Source: Octopus vulgaris (Eukaryota). From it: DNA of 64,000 nucleotides. The stretch spans positions 12,710,001-12,774,000 of the forward strand of contig OX597836.1 in the NCBI GenBank assembly GCA_951406725.2, in the 5' to 3' direction. A program made the position numbers and the translations under genes. The notes beneath the pieces were generated by a model. That model was not told where the DNA came from and ran no database searches. It saw nothing but the letters and a program-made list of their open reading frames with translations. How positions within the stretch are numbered: position 1 is the stretch's first letter; the number at the start of each line of letters is the position of its first letter. This document shows positions 13,293 through 25,380 of this stretch, piece by piece.

Positions 13293-13602
13293 ATATATCT
13301 GTGTATAAACATCACCATCATTTAATGTCCATTATCCATGCTGGCTTGGTTTAGACGGTTAGACACGAGCTGGTCAGCTAGAGAACTGCCCAGGTCCCAA
13401 TTGTCTGTTTCAGCATAGTTTCTACAGCTGGATGCCCTTCCTAATGCCAACCACTTTACAGAAAGTCCTGGGTGCTTTTACACAGTACTGGCATCTGTAC
13501 CCAGAAGCCTGCAAGATTACTAAGATCACTCAGCTGAAATGGATGTATATGTGTATATGTATATATCTATATATGTGAGTGAATATGTATATTTCCATAT
13601 TA

Positions 13603-13635
<33 letters not shown>

Positions 13636-13638
<3 letters not shown>

Positions 13639-13887
13639 AGTCAGTTGATGAGCTCCACTACCTCAAATGTTCTTAAAATTTAAATCCACATCTTTGTTTA
13701 TGTATCTACCTTCTCTATAATGTTGCCACTTGATATGAAAATTTTTGTATTAATGGAAAATCTCTATAATTGGCTGATGAGTGCTCAGCATTTTAAAACT
13801 GCTGTAATACTTACAACATTTAATAAAATGATGTAGTACGAAACGATCGTACCAAATTACCGGAGTCATTCTTGTTGCTTATTTTGA

Positions 13888-13888
<1 letters not shown>
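13636..13888 (+). mobile_element. Short PLE-like element inserted in (TA)n
   Basis: About 250 bp of unique sequence bounded on both sides by (TA)n and containing a canonical hammerhead. Confidence 0.6.
13768..13858 (+). ncRNA. Type I hammerhead ribozyme, canonical core
   Basis: Stem I aattgg/ccaa(a)tt; CTGATGA 13774-13780; stem II gtgct...agtac with long extension; GAAAC 13840-13844; palindromic stem III acgatcgt; GUA cleavage triplet 13849-13851. Confidence 0.8.
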
Positions 13889-13930
<42 letters not shown>

Positions 13931-13939
13931 CATATATGT

Positions 13940-14317
13940 GTCTGTGGCATGTAAAAAGCACCAGTCGAGTGTGATCATTACCAGTGTCGCCTTACTGGCA
14001 CTTGTGCCGGTGTCACATGCAAAAAAACATTCGAGCGAGGGCGTTGCCAGTGCTGTTGGACTGGCTCATGTGCAGGTGGCACGTAAAAAACACCATTTGA
14101 GCATGGCCATTGCCAGTACCGCCTGACTGGCCCTCATGCCAGTGGCACATAAAAGCACCCACTACATTCTCGGAGTGGTTGGTATTAGGAAGGGCATCCA
14201 GCAGTAGAAAATCTGCCAGATCAGATTGGAGCCTGATGCAGCCATCTGGTTCACCAGACCTCAGTCAAATCGTCCAACCCATGCTAGCATGGAAAGCGGA
14301 TGTTAAGTGATGATGAA
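13940..14317 (+). mobile_element. RTE LINE 3' UTR
   Basis: gtggcacgtaaaaagcacc repeats, ggaagggcatccagc, (GAT) tail. Confidence 0.8.
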
Positions 14318-14362
14318 GATACATGCACATATCATATCATATCATATATATATATATATATA

Positions 14363-14763
14363 TATATATTTAGTGTATGAAGAAATGGAGCTGAACAAAG
14401 ATTTAACAAAATTCCTTTTTATTATTTTCTACATATGTTTCAAAGGCTGCAAAGTCCCTAATTCGGATTGAATAAGGAGTCCATTATGCAGCCTAATGGA
14501 CTCCTTATTCAATCCGAATTAGGGACTTTGAAGCCTTTGAAACATATGTAGAAAATAATAAAAAGGAATTTTGTTAAATCTTTGTTCAGCTCCATTTCTT
14601 CATACACTAAATATATAAAACTTCAAATTTCCGCACTAAGGCACGGAGTTTAGGCCCCATGGTCGTAACCTCAACTGTGCTTTTTCTGTTGTGATTTTTG
14701 CTACCCAGGTATCGGTTATCATTTGAATTATCCGTAATAAGATAATTCATTTATCTACTTCAA

Positions 14764-14768
<5 letters not shown>
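14363..14768 (+). mobile_element. PLE-like element with 124-bp 5' inverted duplication, inserted in (TA)n
   Basis: Arms 14363-14486 and 14494-14617 (one mismatch seen); contains hammerhead 3' half ...gcct-t-GAAAC-atat-GTA; (TA)n on both flanks. Confidence 0.65.
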
Positions 14769-14815
<47 letters not shown>

Positions 14816-15360
14816 ATACATATATATGTATGTAGATATATATGCACATATCTATATTTATATCTATGTAAGTATATACACACAAACACACACACTTATA
14901 ATATAAAATTGACAATTATATATATAGATGCAAACATTTATATTTATATGTATGTAAGTGTGTGTGTGTGTGTACATATATATATATATGTACACACACA
15001 CACACCTGTAATATAAAATAGACAATCATGTCTTTCTCCATTTAGATTTTTTTCTCTCAAAATTACCTGTTTTATCATCTTCATTTGAATTTCTGTCACT
15101 CTAATTGTTGTTGTTGCTTTGAGAAAATTAAATATTTATTTCCAAAGAGGAAAGAATTACAATGTAAAGAATGAGTTGTGCAACATACTAAATTTATGTC
15201 CGTCAGTGATGTCATCATAATCGTCGTCATGGCGATAGTTGTGGTTGTTGTCGTTGTTGTTGTTCCAGCTGTTTTCTTGATGGTATTGCTCAGCTGTAAT
15301 TGAGCAGAATTATGGTGACACCTATTCTGGCTGTGACTACCAAGTCTCCTACTTCTTTAT

Positions 15361-16212
15361 AATTTCCTTATTGCCCACAAGGGGCTAAACATAGGGGGGG
15401 ACAAACAAGGACAGACAAAGGGATTAAGTCTATTACGTTGATTACATCGACCTCAGTGTGTAACTGGTACTTCATTTATCGACCCCCAAAAGGATGAAAG
15501 GGAAAAGTCGACCTTGGCGGAATTTGAACTCAGAACGTAGCAGCAGACGAAATACCTATTTCTTTACTACCCAGAAGGGGCTAAACACAGAGTGGACAAA
15601 CAAGGACAGACAAAGGGATTAAGTCTATTATGTTGATTACATCGACCTCAGTGCGTAACTGGTACTTTAATTTATCGACACCAAAAGGATGAAAGGGAAA
15701 AGTCGACCTTGGGAGGATTTGAACTCAGAACGTAGCAGCAGACGAAATACCTATTTCTTTACTACCCACAAGGGGCTAAACACAGAGGGGACAAACAAGG
15801 ACAGACAAATGGATTAAGTTGATTACATCAACCCCAGTGCGTAACTGGTACTTATTTAATCAACACTGAAAGGATGAAAGGCAAAGTCGACCTCGGTGGA
15901 ATTTGAACTCAGAACATAAAGACAGACAAAGTACCGTTAAGCATTTCGCCCAGCGTGCTAACGTTTCTTATTTCTTTATTGCCCACAAGGGGGCTAAACA
16001 TGGGGGGGGGGCAAACAAGGACAGACAAAAGGATTAAGGTGACTATGTCGATTACATTGACCCCAGTGCGTAACTGGTACTTTAATTTAATCAACCCCGA
16101 AAGGCTGAAAGGCAAAGTCGACCTCGGCGGAATTTGAACTCAGAACAAAGACAGACGAAATACTGCTAAGCATTTTGCCCGGCGTGCTAACAATTCTGCC
16201 AGCTCGCCGCCT
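15361..16212 (-). mobile_element. SINE family A concatemer (about 4 body units)
   Basis: Tandem ~190-bp bodies with a complete head at the right end and a partial internal head near 15940-15966. Confidence 0.9.
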
Positions 16213-16214
16213 AC

Positions 16215-17150
16215 TTGTTTTCTGTCAGACTGTAGCCATGCTGGAGCACTGCCTTGAAGAAGTTTTCATCAAATGAATCAACGCCGGCACTTATTTTCTA
16301 TTTGAAGCCTGGTACTTATTCCATCAATCTCCTTTGCCAAACTGCTAGGTTACAGGGTTGTACACACACCAACATCAGTTGTCAAGTGATGGTGGGGTAC
16401 AAGCACACACACACACAATGGACTTCCTTCAGTTTCCATCTACCAAATATATATATATTTTTTTATTCTTTTATTTGTTTCAATCATTTGACTGCAGCCA
16501 TGCTGGAGCACTGCTCCTAGTTGAACAAATTTACCTCAGGACTTATTCTATCAGTCTCTTTTGCTAACCCATTAAGCTACGGGGACATAAACACATCAAC
16601 ATCAGTTGTCAGATGATGGTGTGAGGGACAAACATAGACATATACACAAATATATACATATATATACTCTCTTTACTCTTTTACTCATTTCAGTCATTTG
16701 ACTGCGGCTATGCTGGAGCACCGCCTTTAGTCAAGCAAATCGACCCCGGGACTTATTCTTTGTAAGACCAGTACTTATATCGGTCTCTTTTGCCGAACCG
16801 CTAAGTGACGGGGACGTAAACACACCAGCATCAGTCGTCAAGCAATGCTAGGGGGACAAACACAGACACACAAACATATACACACACACTTATAATATAT
16901 ATATACATATATACGACAGGCTTCTTTCAGTTTCCATCTACCAAATCCACTCACAAGGCATTGGTCGGCCCGGGGCTATAGCAGAAGACAATTGCCCAAG
17001 ATGCCACACAGTGGGACTGAACCCGGAACCATGTGGTTGGTTAGCAAGCTACTTACCACACAGCCACTTCTGCGCCTATACAATGAGCTTCTTTCAGTTT
17101 CTGTTTACCAAATCCACTCACAAGGCTTTGGTAGGTGCAAGTGTATAGTA
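16215..17150 (-). mobile_element. Cluster of SINE family B copies (full copy about 16668-17080)
   Basis: Repeated family-B tail and head motifs. Confidence 0.85.
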
Positions 17151-17834
17151 GAAAGGATGAAAGGCAAAATTGACCGCGGCAGAATTTGAACTCAGAACGT
17201 AAAGACAGACAAAATACTAAGCATTTCACCCAGCGTGCCTCCGTTTCTGCCAGCTCGCCACGTTCTCAAGACAAATATTGTGTGTTATTTTGTGTCTGTT
17301 GTTTGTCTTCGAGTCTCTCAATGTAAGACGATGAATGAAGCATTTTACTTCAAAATTTATTTAACTCTCAGAAAAACCACACAAAAGAAAAATAACGATG
17401 TTTTATAACAAATTAATCGACATTTTTCTATATCAATGGAAGACATCCGTGCTGTACGTCTCTTTGTCTCTCTCTCTCCCCGTACACACACACACATATA
17501 TATACATACACCTATATATATACACACATATATATACATACATATGCATATATATATATATATGTATATAACGTAATTATGTATGTATAGACACACACAC
17601 ACACGCAACACACATATATACATACATACATATGCATATATATGTATGTATATAATGTAACTATGTATTTATACATACACACACACACACACATATATAC
17701 ATGCATACACATATGTATGTATACGATGTAATTATGTATTTATACACATACACACAAATATATATATATATATATACATACATACATACACATATGTATA
17801 TAATGAAACTATGTATTTATACATACACACACAC

Positions 17835-17879
<45 letters not shown>

Positions 17880-17907
17880 TGCACACTCACATATATACAC
17901 TCACACG

Positions 17908-17947
<40 letters not shown>

Positions 17948-18174
17948 CATACATACATACACATATATATATATATGTATATAATTTAATTATGTATGTA
18001 TACACACACAAAGGAAATATATATTCAATTTAAATAATCTGGCATATTCTAATATTTTCCAAATGATTATTTTTAAACTTACCGAAATTGTTATCTTTTA
18101 AAAACCAGATATACTACAACAAGCGTATGTTTGTATACACACACACACACATCACTGTATCTATCTATCCATCA

Positions 18175-18211
<37 letters not shown>

Positions 18212-18659
18212 TACACACACAAATATACACTTGTATCAGTGTGTGTGTTTGTAGGATTATGAATGAAATGAGAAATAAGGCCAGACAATAAAATCCTTCA
18301 TATTTTGGGCACTAAGCCTCTCTTCAAAAAGAACACAGTAAAAAAATGAGTGTCTACATAGATCCTGCCACGCTGGAGAGTCAAGGATCTATATAAATAT
18401 ATATTCCTTTGACTGAATTCTTTTGGAGGTGTACTTCAATGAAATGTTCTCAGCTGTTTGTTGTTACAATGTCAAATGTCCTTGTTTGTTAGTCCCCTCT
18501 GTGTTTAGCCCCTTGTGGGCAATAAAGAAATACGAAATAAGATTTAGCCAGTCTGAATACAAAACAGGAAGAAGAATTGTGCTGAAATCTGGCCAGTTTA
18601 AATGCTAAAGGGTGAAAAAAATGAGATGTGAATTGAGGAAGTGTTGCCTGTTGGTTCTA

Positions 18660-19380
18660 GCTCAATCTCTCCCTATCTCTTTCCTCTATTCTCTTAATCC
18701 CTCCGTTCCACCTCATTCAGATCTTTGCTTTCATCCCCATCTCTCTCTCTTTCTCTCTTTGATTACTCTCTCTCTCTCTCTCTTTGATTACTCTCTCTCT
18801 CTCTCTCTCTTTGATTACTCTCTCTCTCCTTCACTCTCTTTATCTTTCTGCTCTCCCTCACTCACAACTCTTTCTCTCTCTCCTTCTCTCTGCTCTCCAT
18901 TACCATCCATCTAACTCTCTCTACTGTTTCTCATTCTTCCTCTCCACCCTTCCTCTATTCACTCTCTATCTCTCCTTCACTCTCTTTATACCTCTACTTC
19001 TTCCCTCCCATATCTCTGCTCTCTTTCCTCCTCCTGCTCTCTTTACTCACTCTCCTATCTCTCCCCTTCACTCTCTTCATCTCTATAGTCTACCTGACCC
19101 ATAACTCTCCCTCTCTCCATCTGCCTAACTCACACTGTTCTCTATCACACACACTCCCTCTCTCTCTTTCTCTCTGTCTCTCTTCCTCACTCATTCATTC
19201 ATTCACATACTATCTGTCTCTCACTCACTCACTCACTCACACATTCTGTCTCTCTCTCACCCTCACCCTCTCTCCTTCTCTCTCTCCTCCTTATTGCCAT
19301 CTACCTCATTCATCCTCTCTCCCTCTGATCTTCATTACTACTGGCCTGTTTCATTCTGTACTCTCTCTCCATCTCCCACC

Positions 19381-19419
<39 letters not shown>

Positions 19420-19560
19420 TCTCTCATTGTTCACCTTTCTCACTTTCGCTCACCTCCTCCCACCAACCCTCTTCTCTTCAACAACATCGCGACTTCCTCT
19501 CTGCCCTCTGTTCCCCACCCCCTACACTCTATAGTCACCAAAACACACAATACACAGCTC
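18660..19560 (+). repeat. About 0.9-kb polypyrimidine (CT-rich) tract
   Basis: Strongly C/T-biased + strand with (CT)n and ttgattactctctc repeats. Confidence 0.9.
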
Positions 19561-19739
19561 TGGTATCTCACCGGCCATCTATCTCTCTATATATCTATAG
19601 TAAGAGGAAATATGAGAGTCTGAGATAAAGAGGTGGAATAAAAAAAAAAGGTATCATTAATTCTGAGAATCATCAAATTACCAAAGATATATAAAAAGAA
19701 ACGAAGGTTAATTGATAATCGTAATTACTGAGTTACACC

Positions 19740-19772
<33 letters not shown>

Positions 19773-20110
19773 ATACACACACGCCTACACACCTCCCACA
19801 TACACAAGCACACATTTTGTGTATATGTATGTGTGTGGTGTATATATTTATGCACACATAATATATGTGCGTTTGTAAATACATATATACACACATAGTA
19901 TATATATATATATGTATGCATGTGTGTGTGTGTGTATGTATATAGATACACACATGTATGTATATATACATGCATACATATATACATACATCTATACACA
20001 TACATATATATATATATATACATACATATATATATACATGCACACATACATATAAATACACACGCATATACATATATATATGCATACATATATAGTATGT
20101 ATATATGTAC

Positions 20111-20157
<47 letters not shown>

Positions 20158-20497
20158 GCAGGTGTGAGTATGTACATATACATAATTATGTGTATGTATT
20201 GCAGGATTCTTGATGTAAAATATATATTGTGCTTTGTTGGGAAGGCCATTTTGCCAACAAATTACACACACTGGTTTCATTTCATATCATTTTCATGATT
20301 AATTAATTGATTAATTAATTAATTAATTAAATTATTAATAAGTTAATTAAATAATTACTTTATCAAAGATCTTTCATCACGGCCTGCAATCTTATCAATA
20401 GTCATGCACTCCAAGAAGCAAACAACATCAAAATCACTTCTCATTAGAATTACTCTGAATAGCTTTCTGTCCTCTTTGTGGCAATGGTGCCCTAACT

Positions 20498-20600
20498 CAC
20501 TGGTTCTCAAATAGGGTTCATGTGACCCTTGAGGTTCAGTAATGCCCCTGTGGGTCCTTGTAATTGTTAAAATTTGTGTACAATAACATTGGATATACTT
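20498..20600 (+). mobile_element. hAT-like MITE end
   Basis: cactggttctcaaatagggttc resembles CAGTGGTTCTCAA hAT TIRs. Confidence 0.35.
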
Positions 20601-20607
20601 CAACACA

Positions 20608-20773
20608 CTTTTACTTGTTTCAGTCATTTGACTGCGGCCATGCTGGAGCACTGCCTTTAGTCGAGCAAATCGATCCCAGGACTTATTCTTTGGAAGCCTA
20701 GTACTTATTCTATCAGTCTCTTTTACCGAACCGCTAAGTTACGGGGATGTAAACACACCAGCATCGATTGTAC

Positions 20774-20816
<43 letters not shown>

Positions 20817-21657
20817 ATATATACACACACACACCTGGGACGAGGTGGTGAAGCACGACCTTTGAACTTTAGGTCTCACTGAGGAAATGACTAGAGACCG
20901 AGACCTTTGGAAGTATGCTGTGCGTGAGAAGACCCGGCAGGACAAGCAAGACCATAACCCTTGACCTCTACACGGGATGTAGCCAGTCCACTTATGCATA
21001 CCTTTCCTTCTTGGGACACAAAACTCTACTTGTGAAGACCTGTTGAGGCAAGTGAGAATCGAAATGATCAACATCAATGGAAATTGCAGCTGAGATACCA
21101 GTGCCGGTGGCACATAAGAGAACCATTCGAACGTGGCTGTTGCCAGCACCGCCCCGACTGGCCTCGTGCCGGTGGCACGTAAAAAGCACCATCTGTTCGT
21201 GGCCATTGCCAGCCTCGCCTAGCCCCCAAGCATGTAAAAGCACCATCCGATCGTGGCCGTTTGCCAGACTCATCTGGCCCCTGTGCCAGTGGCATGTAAA
21301 AAGAACCCACTACACTCATGGAGTGGTTGGCATTAGGAAGGGCATCCAGCCGTAGAAACATTGCCAGATCAGACTGGGCCTGGTGCAGCCTTCTGGCTTC
21401 CCAGACCCCAGTTGAACCGTCCAACCCATGCTAGCATGGAAAGCGGACGCTAAACGATGATGATGACGATGATGATATATACATATATACGATGGGCTTC
21501 TTTGAGTTTCCGTCTACCAAATCCACTCACAAGGCTTTGGTCGGCCTGCAGCTATAGAAGACACTTGCCCAAGGTGCCACGCAGTGGGACTGAACCCAGA
21601 ACCATGTGCATGTGGTTGGTAAGCACACTACTTACCACACAGCCACTCTTGCGCCTA
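20608..21657 (-). mobile_element. SINE family B split by an RTE insertion
   Basis: Tail half 20608-20770 and head half 21480-21657 flank the RTE piece at the internal microsatellite. Confidence 0.75.
20833..21476 (+). mobile_element. RTE LINE 3' end (ORF2 C-terminus, 3' UTR, tail)
   Basis: TWDEVVKHDL*TLGLTEEMTRDRDLWKYAVREKTRQ, typical of an RTE ORF2 end; UTR repeats; (GAT)n tail. Confidence 0.9.
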
Positions 21658-21684
21658 TATATGTATATATATAGTCGCATTTAG

Positions 21685-21838
21685 CAGGGCCAGCCCTTGG
21701 GTTGCTGGTGCCCCAAACTAGCTGAACTTCAGCCTGTACAAGCTGACAGTCATGGAAATTTCCTTGTCATGCTCTCCTTGGTGCTCTCTAGCACATGGTA
21801 CCCGTGGTGACTGCCCGAGTTGCTGGTACCTAGCCCTT
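21685..21838. mobile_element. Degenerate hAT-like MITE
   Basis: cagggccagccct start with ggtgccc motifs and agcccttg end, resembling CAGGGCCGGCCCT TIRs. Confidence 0.35.
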
Positions 21839-21938
21839 GACATTTAGTGACCTTTGTAATTCTCCATTTGAAACATTTCAAACTGTTCTCATTTTGTTTC
21901 AGTCATTTGTGAAACATTGCAAACTGCATCGGTTCATA

Positions 21939-21975
<37 letters not shown>

Positions 21976-22019
21976 CATATTAATTTTATATATATGCATA
22001 TATGTGTGTGTATTTAAGA

Positions 22020-22350
22020 TACCCATGCCGGTGGCACATAAAAAGCACCATCTGAACATGGCTGATGCCAGCGCCGCCTGACTGGCGTCCATGTCAGTAA
22101 CACGTAAAAAGCACCAATGATCGTGGCCGTTTGCCAGATTCCTCTGGCCCCTGTGCCAGTGGCACGTAAAAAGCACCCACTACACTCACGGCGTGGTTGG
22201 CATTAGGAAGGGCATCCAGCTGTAGAAACATTGCCAGACCAGACTGGAGCCTGGCACAGCCTCCTGGCTTCTCAGACCCTGGTCAAACCGTCCATACCAG
22301 TATGGAAAACGGACGTTAAACAATGATGATGATGATGATGATGATGATGA
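22020..22350 (+). mobile_element. RTE LINE 3' UTR
   Basis: Same UTR repeats and (GAT)n tail. Confidence 0.85.
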
Positions 22351-22765
22351 TATGTGTGTGTGCTTGACCCCAACCACATTCTGAGTTCAAATACCGCCGA
22401 GGTTGACTTTGCCTCTGGTCCTTTCGGGGTCGATAAAATAAGTACCAGTTGAACACTGGGGCCAATGTAATCAACTTAATCCCACACCACCATCACCACC
22501 ACCACCAGCTTGCTGGCTTTGTGACAAGCTTTATAACAACCACATCACCTTGAAACTCAAACTAGTGACTGTCGTGAAAGACGCAAATAAAAGAGCAGCA
22601 ATCATATTGATTTTTTTTTTCCACAAAATCAATAACACTACGACTATTGACAAATAATATGTTAAGACAATCCTCCTTCCTTCATCGGACATTCTCCAAA
22701 CCTATATTTGCCGTGCTTTTGTAAACATTACTAAAAAAAACATTTCTTTCTTTTTCTTTCCAAAG

Positions 22766-22803
22766 AACTTTGCTCGGAATGTCAGGACTCTCTTCTCCCA
22801 ACG
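22766..22803 (+). other. Candidate 38-nt exon
   Basis: tttctttctttttctttccaaag| acceptor and ACG|GTAGGT donor. Confidence 0.3.
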
Positions 22804-22994
22804 GTAGGTGAACTTATCCAAATTTCCAAACTAAACCAAATGATTATTACCATCATAGAAATCCCTCGTTTCCATAGACTCGTTATTATTTAATCAACTG
22901 ACAGTAGGAAGCTGACAGAAATGTTAAAACATCGGAGAAAAAATGCCTGGTGGTATCTCTTCCAACTTTAACCCATTAGTATTTAGATAACTCT

Positions 22995-23567
22995 AAGGTG
23001 GCGAGCTGGCAGAAACGTTAGCACGCCAGGTGAAATGCTTAGTGGTATTTCGTCTGCTGTTACGTTCTGAGTTCAAATTCCGCCGAGGTCGACTTTGCCT
23101 TTCATCCTTTCGGGGTCGATAAATTAAGTACCAGTTATGCACTGGGGTCGATGTAATCGACTTAATACCTATGTCTGTCCGTGTTTGTCCCCTCTGTGTT
23201 TAGCCCCTTGTGGGTAGTAAAGAAATAGGTATTTCATCTGCCGTTACATTCTGAGTTCAAATTCCACCGAGGTCAACTTTGCCTCTCATCCTTTCGAGGT
23301 CGATAAATTAAGTACAAGTTAAGCACTGGGGTGTCCTTGTTTGTCCTCTCTGTGTTTAGCCCCTTGTGGGTAGTAAAGAAATAGGTATTTCGTCTGCCAT
23401 TACGTTCTGAGTTCAAATTCCGCCAATGTCGACTTTGCCTTTCATCCTTTCAGGATCGATAAAATAAGTACCAGTTACACACTGGGGTCAATGTAATCGA
23501 CTTAATCCCTTTGTCTGTCCTTGTTTGTCCCCTCTATGTTTAGCCCCTTGAGGGCAATAAAGAAATA
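22995..23567 (+). mobile_element. SINE family A trimer with 17-bp TSD
   Basis: One head and three bodies; TSD agtatttagat(a/c)actct at 22978-22994 and 23568-23584. Confidence 0.92.
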
Positions 23568-24017
23568 AGTATTTAGATCACTCTGTCAAAAGTAATGCTT
23601 ATTTATTCATATTGCTTTGAATTAATCAAGGTTTATCTCTTAGCTTTGAAATTCTGATAATGCAGTTGTCTATTTTTAGAATGACATTGCAGAGTAGGTG
23701 CACCAGATCAGATCTAGTCAGTTTAACATAAGACAGATCAATATTTCGGCTGGGTATGGCCTGTTTAAATGCTGAAGGGTTAAGGCAGCAGTGAGCTTGC
23801 AGAATCATTAGCGTGTCAGGCAAAATGCTTAGCAACATCTTCTCTGTCTTTGTGTTCTAACTTCAAATTCCTCCAAGGTCTACTTTGCCTCCCCTCCTTT
23901 CGGGGTCAATGAAATTAGTACCAGCTGAAGACTGGGGTCCATGTAATTGATTTTGTCCTGCCCTTGTGCTAGAAACCTTAACCCAGTGGTTCTCAACAGT
24001 CCTTTCCAACCCTTGTT

Positions 24018-24393
24018 CATAAAAGATGTAATCTCATGACAAGTACAGCAATAACTGGCCTATCAGAAGTGTATATACATCAAGTATGATACATAGATGG
24101 CTATTTTAAATGGTCTTGCTTTATTCTTCAAATAAGCCAAGACAATAGTTAATGAATTCGAAGAGGTTGTATGTTTCTAGGCAAATTTTCATCTCCCTCT
24201 GATGAATATTGTTTTTAAAGCATGTCCATAAAGGATGTAATCTCATGACAAGTACAGCAACAACTGGCCTATCAGTGGCATATTTACATTAAGTATGATA
24301 CATAGATGGCTATTTTAAATGGTCTTGCTTTATTCTTCAAATAAGCCAAGACAATATAGTAAATGAATTCGAAGAGGTTGTATGTTTCTAGGC
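24018..24393. repeat. About 165-bp direct duplication
   Basis: 24018-24182 repeated at 24227-24393. Confidence 0.9.
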
Positions 24394-25380
24394 TACATGC
24401 ATATTTCCCAGCTACGTACATATTTTAGCTACATTGTAGTTGAAACAAAATGAGAAAAAAGTATGCCAGACGACCACAACATACATGTAAAATACCTGGG
24501 GAGTAAATCATCTTGATCTAAAAGTAACTTCGGTTCCTAACAGAGTTGTCTAATTAAAGAAGAAACATTCTGGAGACCGAAAATAGAAAAAAGAAAAAGT
24601 AAGATATAGTAAAAGACCACTTAAAAGGAAGAATGTATAATGAAAAGACAAACAAGGAACAAAAAGAAAACGGTAAATGTTCTGAAAAAAGAAAAAAGGT
24701 AAAAAAAAAAAGGATATAAAAGCATTACAAGTATAAACATTGATAACATAAATCATAAAGATTTAGTACAAGCAAAACAAACAAACAAAAAAAATAATAA
24801 TAAAAATATCAACAAGAAATAAATAACATCAAAAATATCGACCAAAAAGAAACAGAATCAGAATTCACACCAACAGAAACATAAAAAAAAAAAAATAATA
24901 ATAATAATAATAATAATAAAAATAATAAAAATAAAGAATTTTGAACAGAATGAAAAGGAGAAAAGATCTAAGAGCAAAAAGTTCTAAAGCTTGGAAATTT
25001 TTGGATAATCTAAAGGTGGAAATGTTTAAAGAATTAAAATCGATTGGAGATCTTATGACCAACGAATGATTCTATCAAAGATAAAAACTCAACAATAAAA
25101 TAACAACAATCTTTTTTAAATGCGCAGCCATCAACCTTATACCAATATGTAAATTTGGTTCTGTCTGGCATAATCTTGTTTACGTTTTTATAAGTAGTCG
25201 TGAGCTTATTTTCGGCACTTTGAAAGACTGCGATACGCAATCAGTGAGGATTCTTTGATGAGAAACAACAATATTTAGTTCGGTTTTAGTTTTAAAAGCT
25301 TTTGTGGTTTGGCCCATGTGACCCACTTTCGCAGAACCGCTAAATGTATGTTTATTAAATGTGTGGACATTGCTACAATG

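Noticed and set aside
25034-25240. Non-repetitive short ORFs (also 31330-31713, 46788-46982, 60368-60598)
   Set aside because: No recognisable domain or convincing paired splice sites; lengths are within chance.
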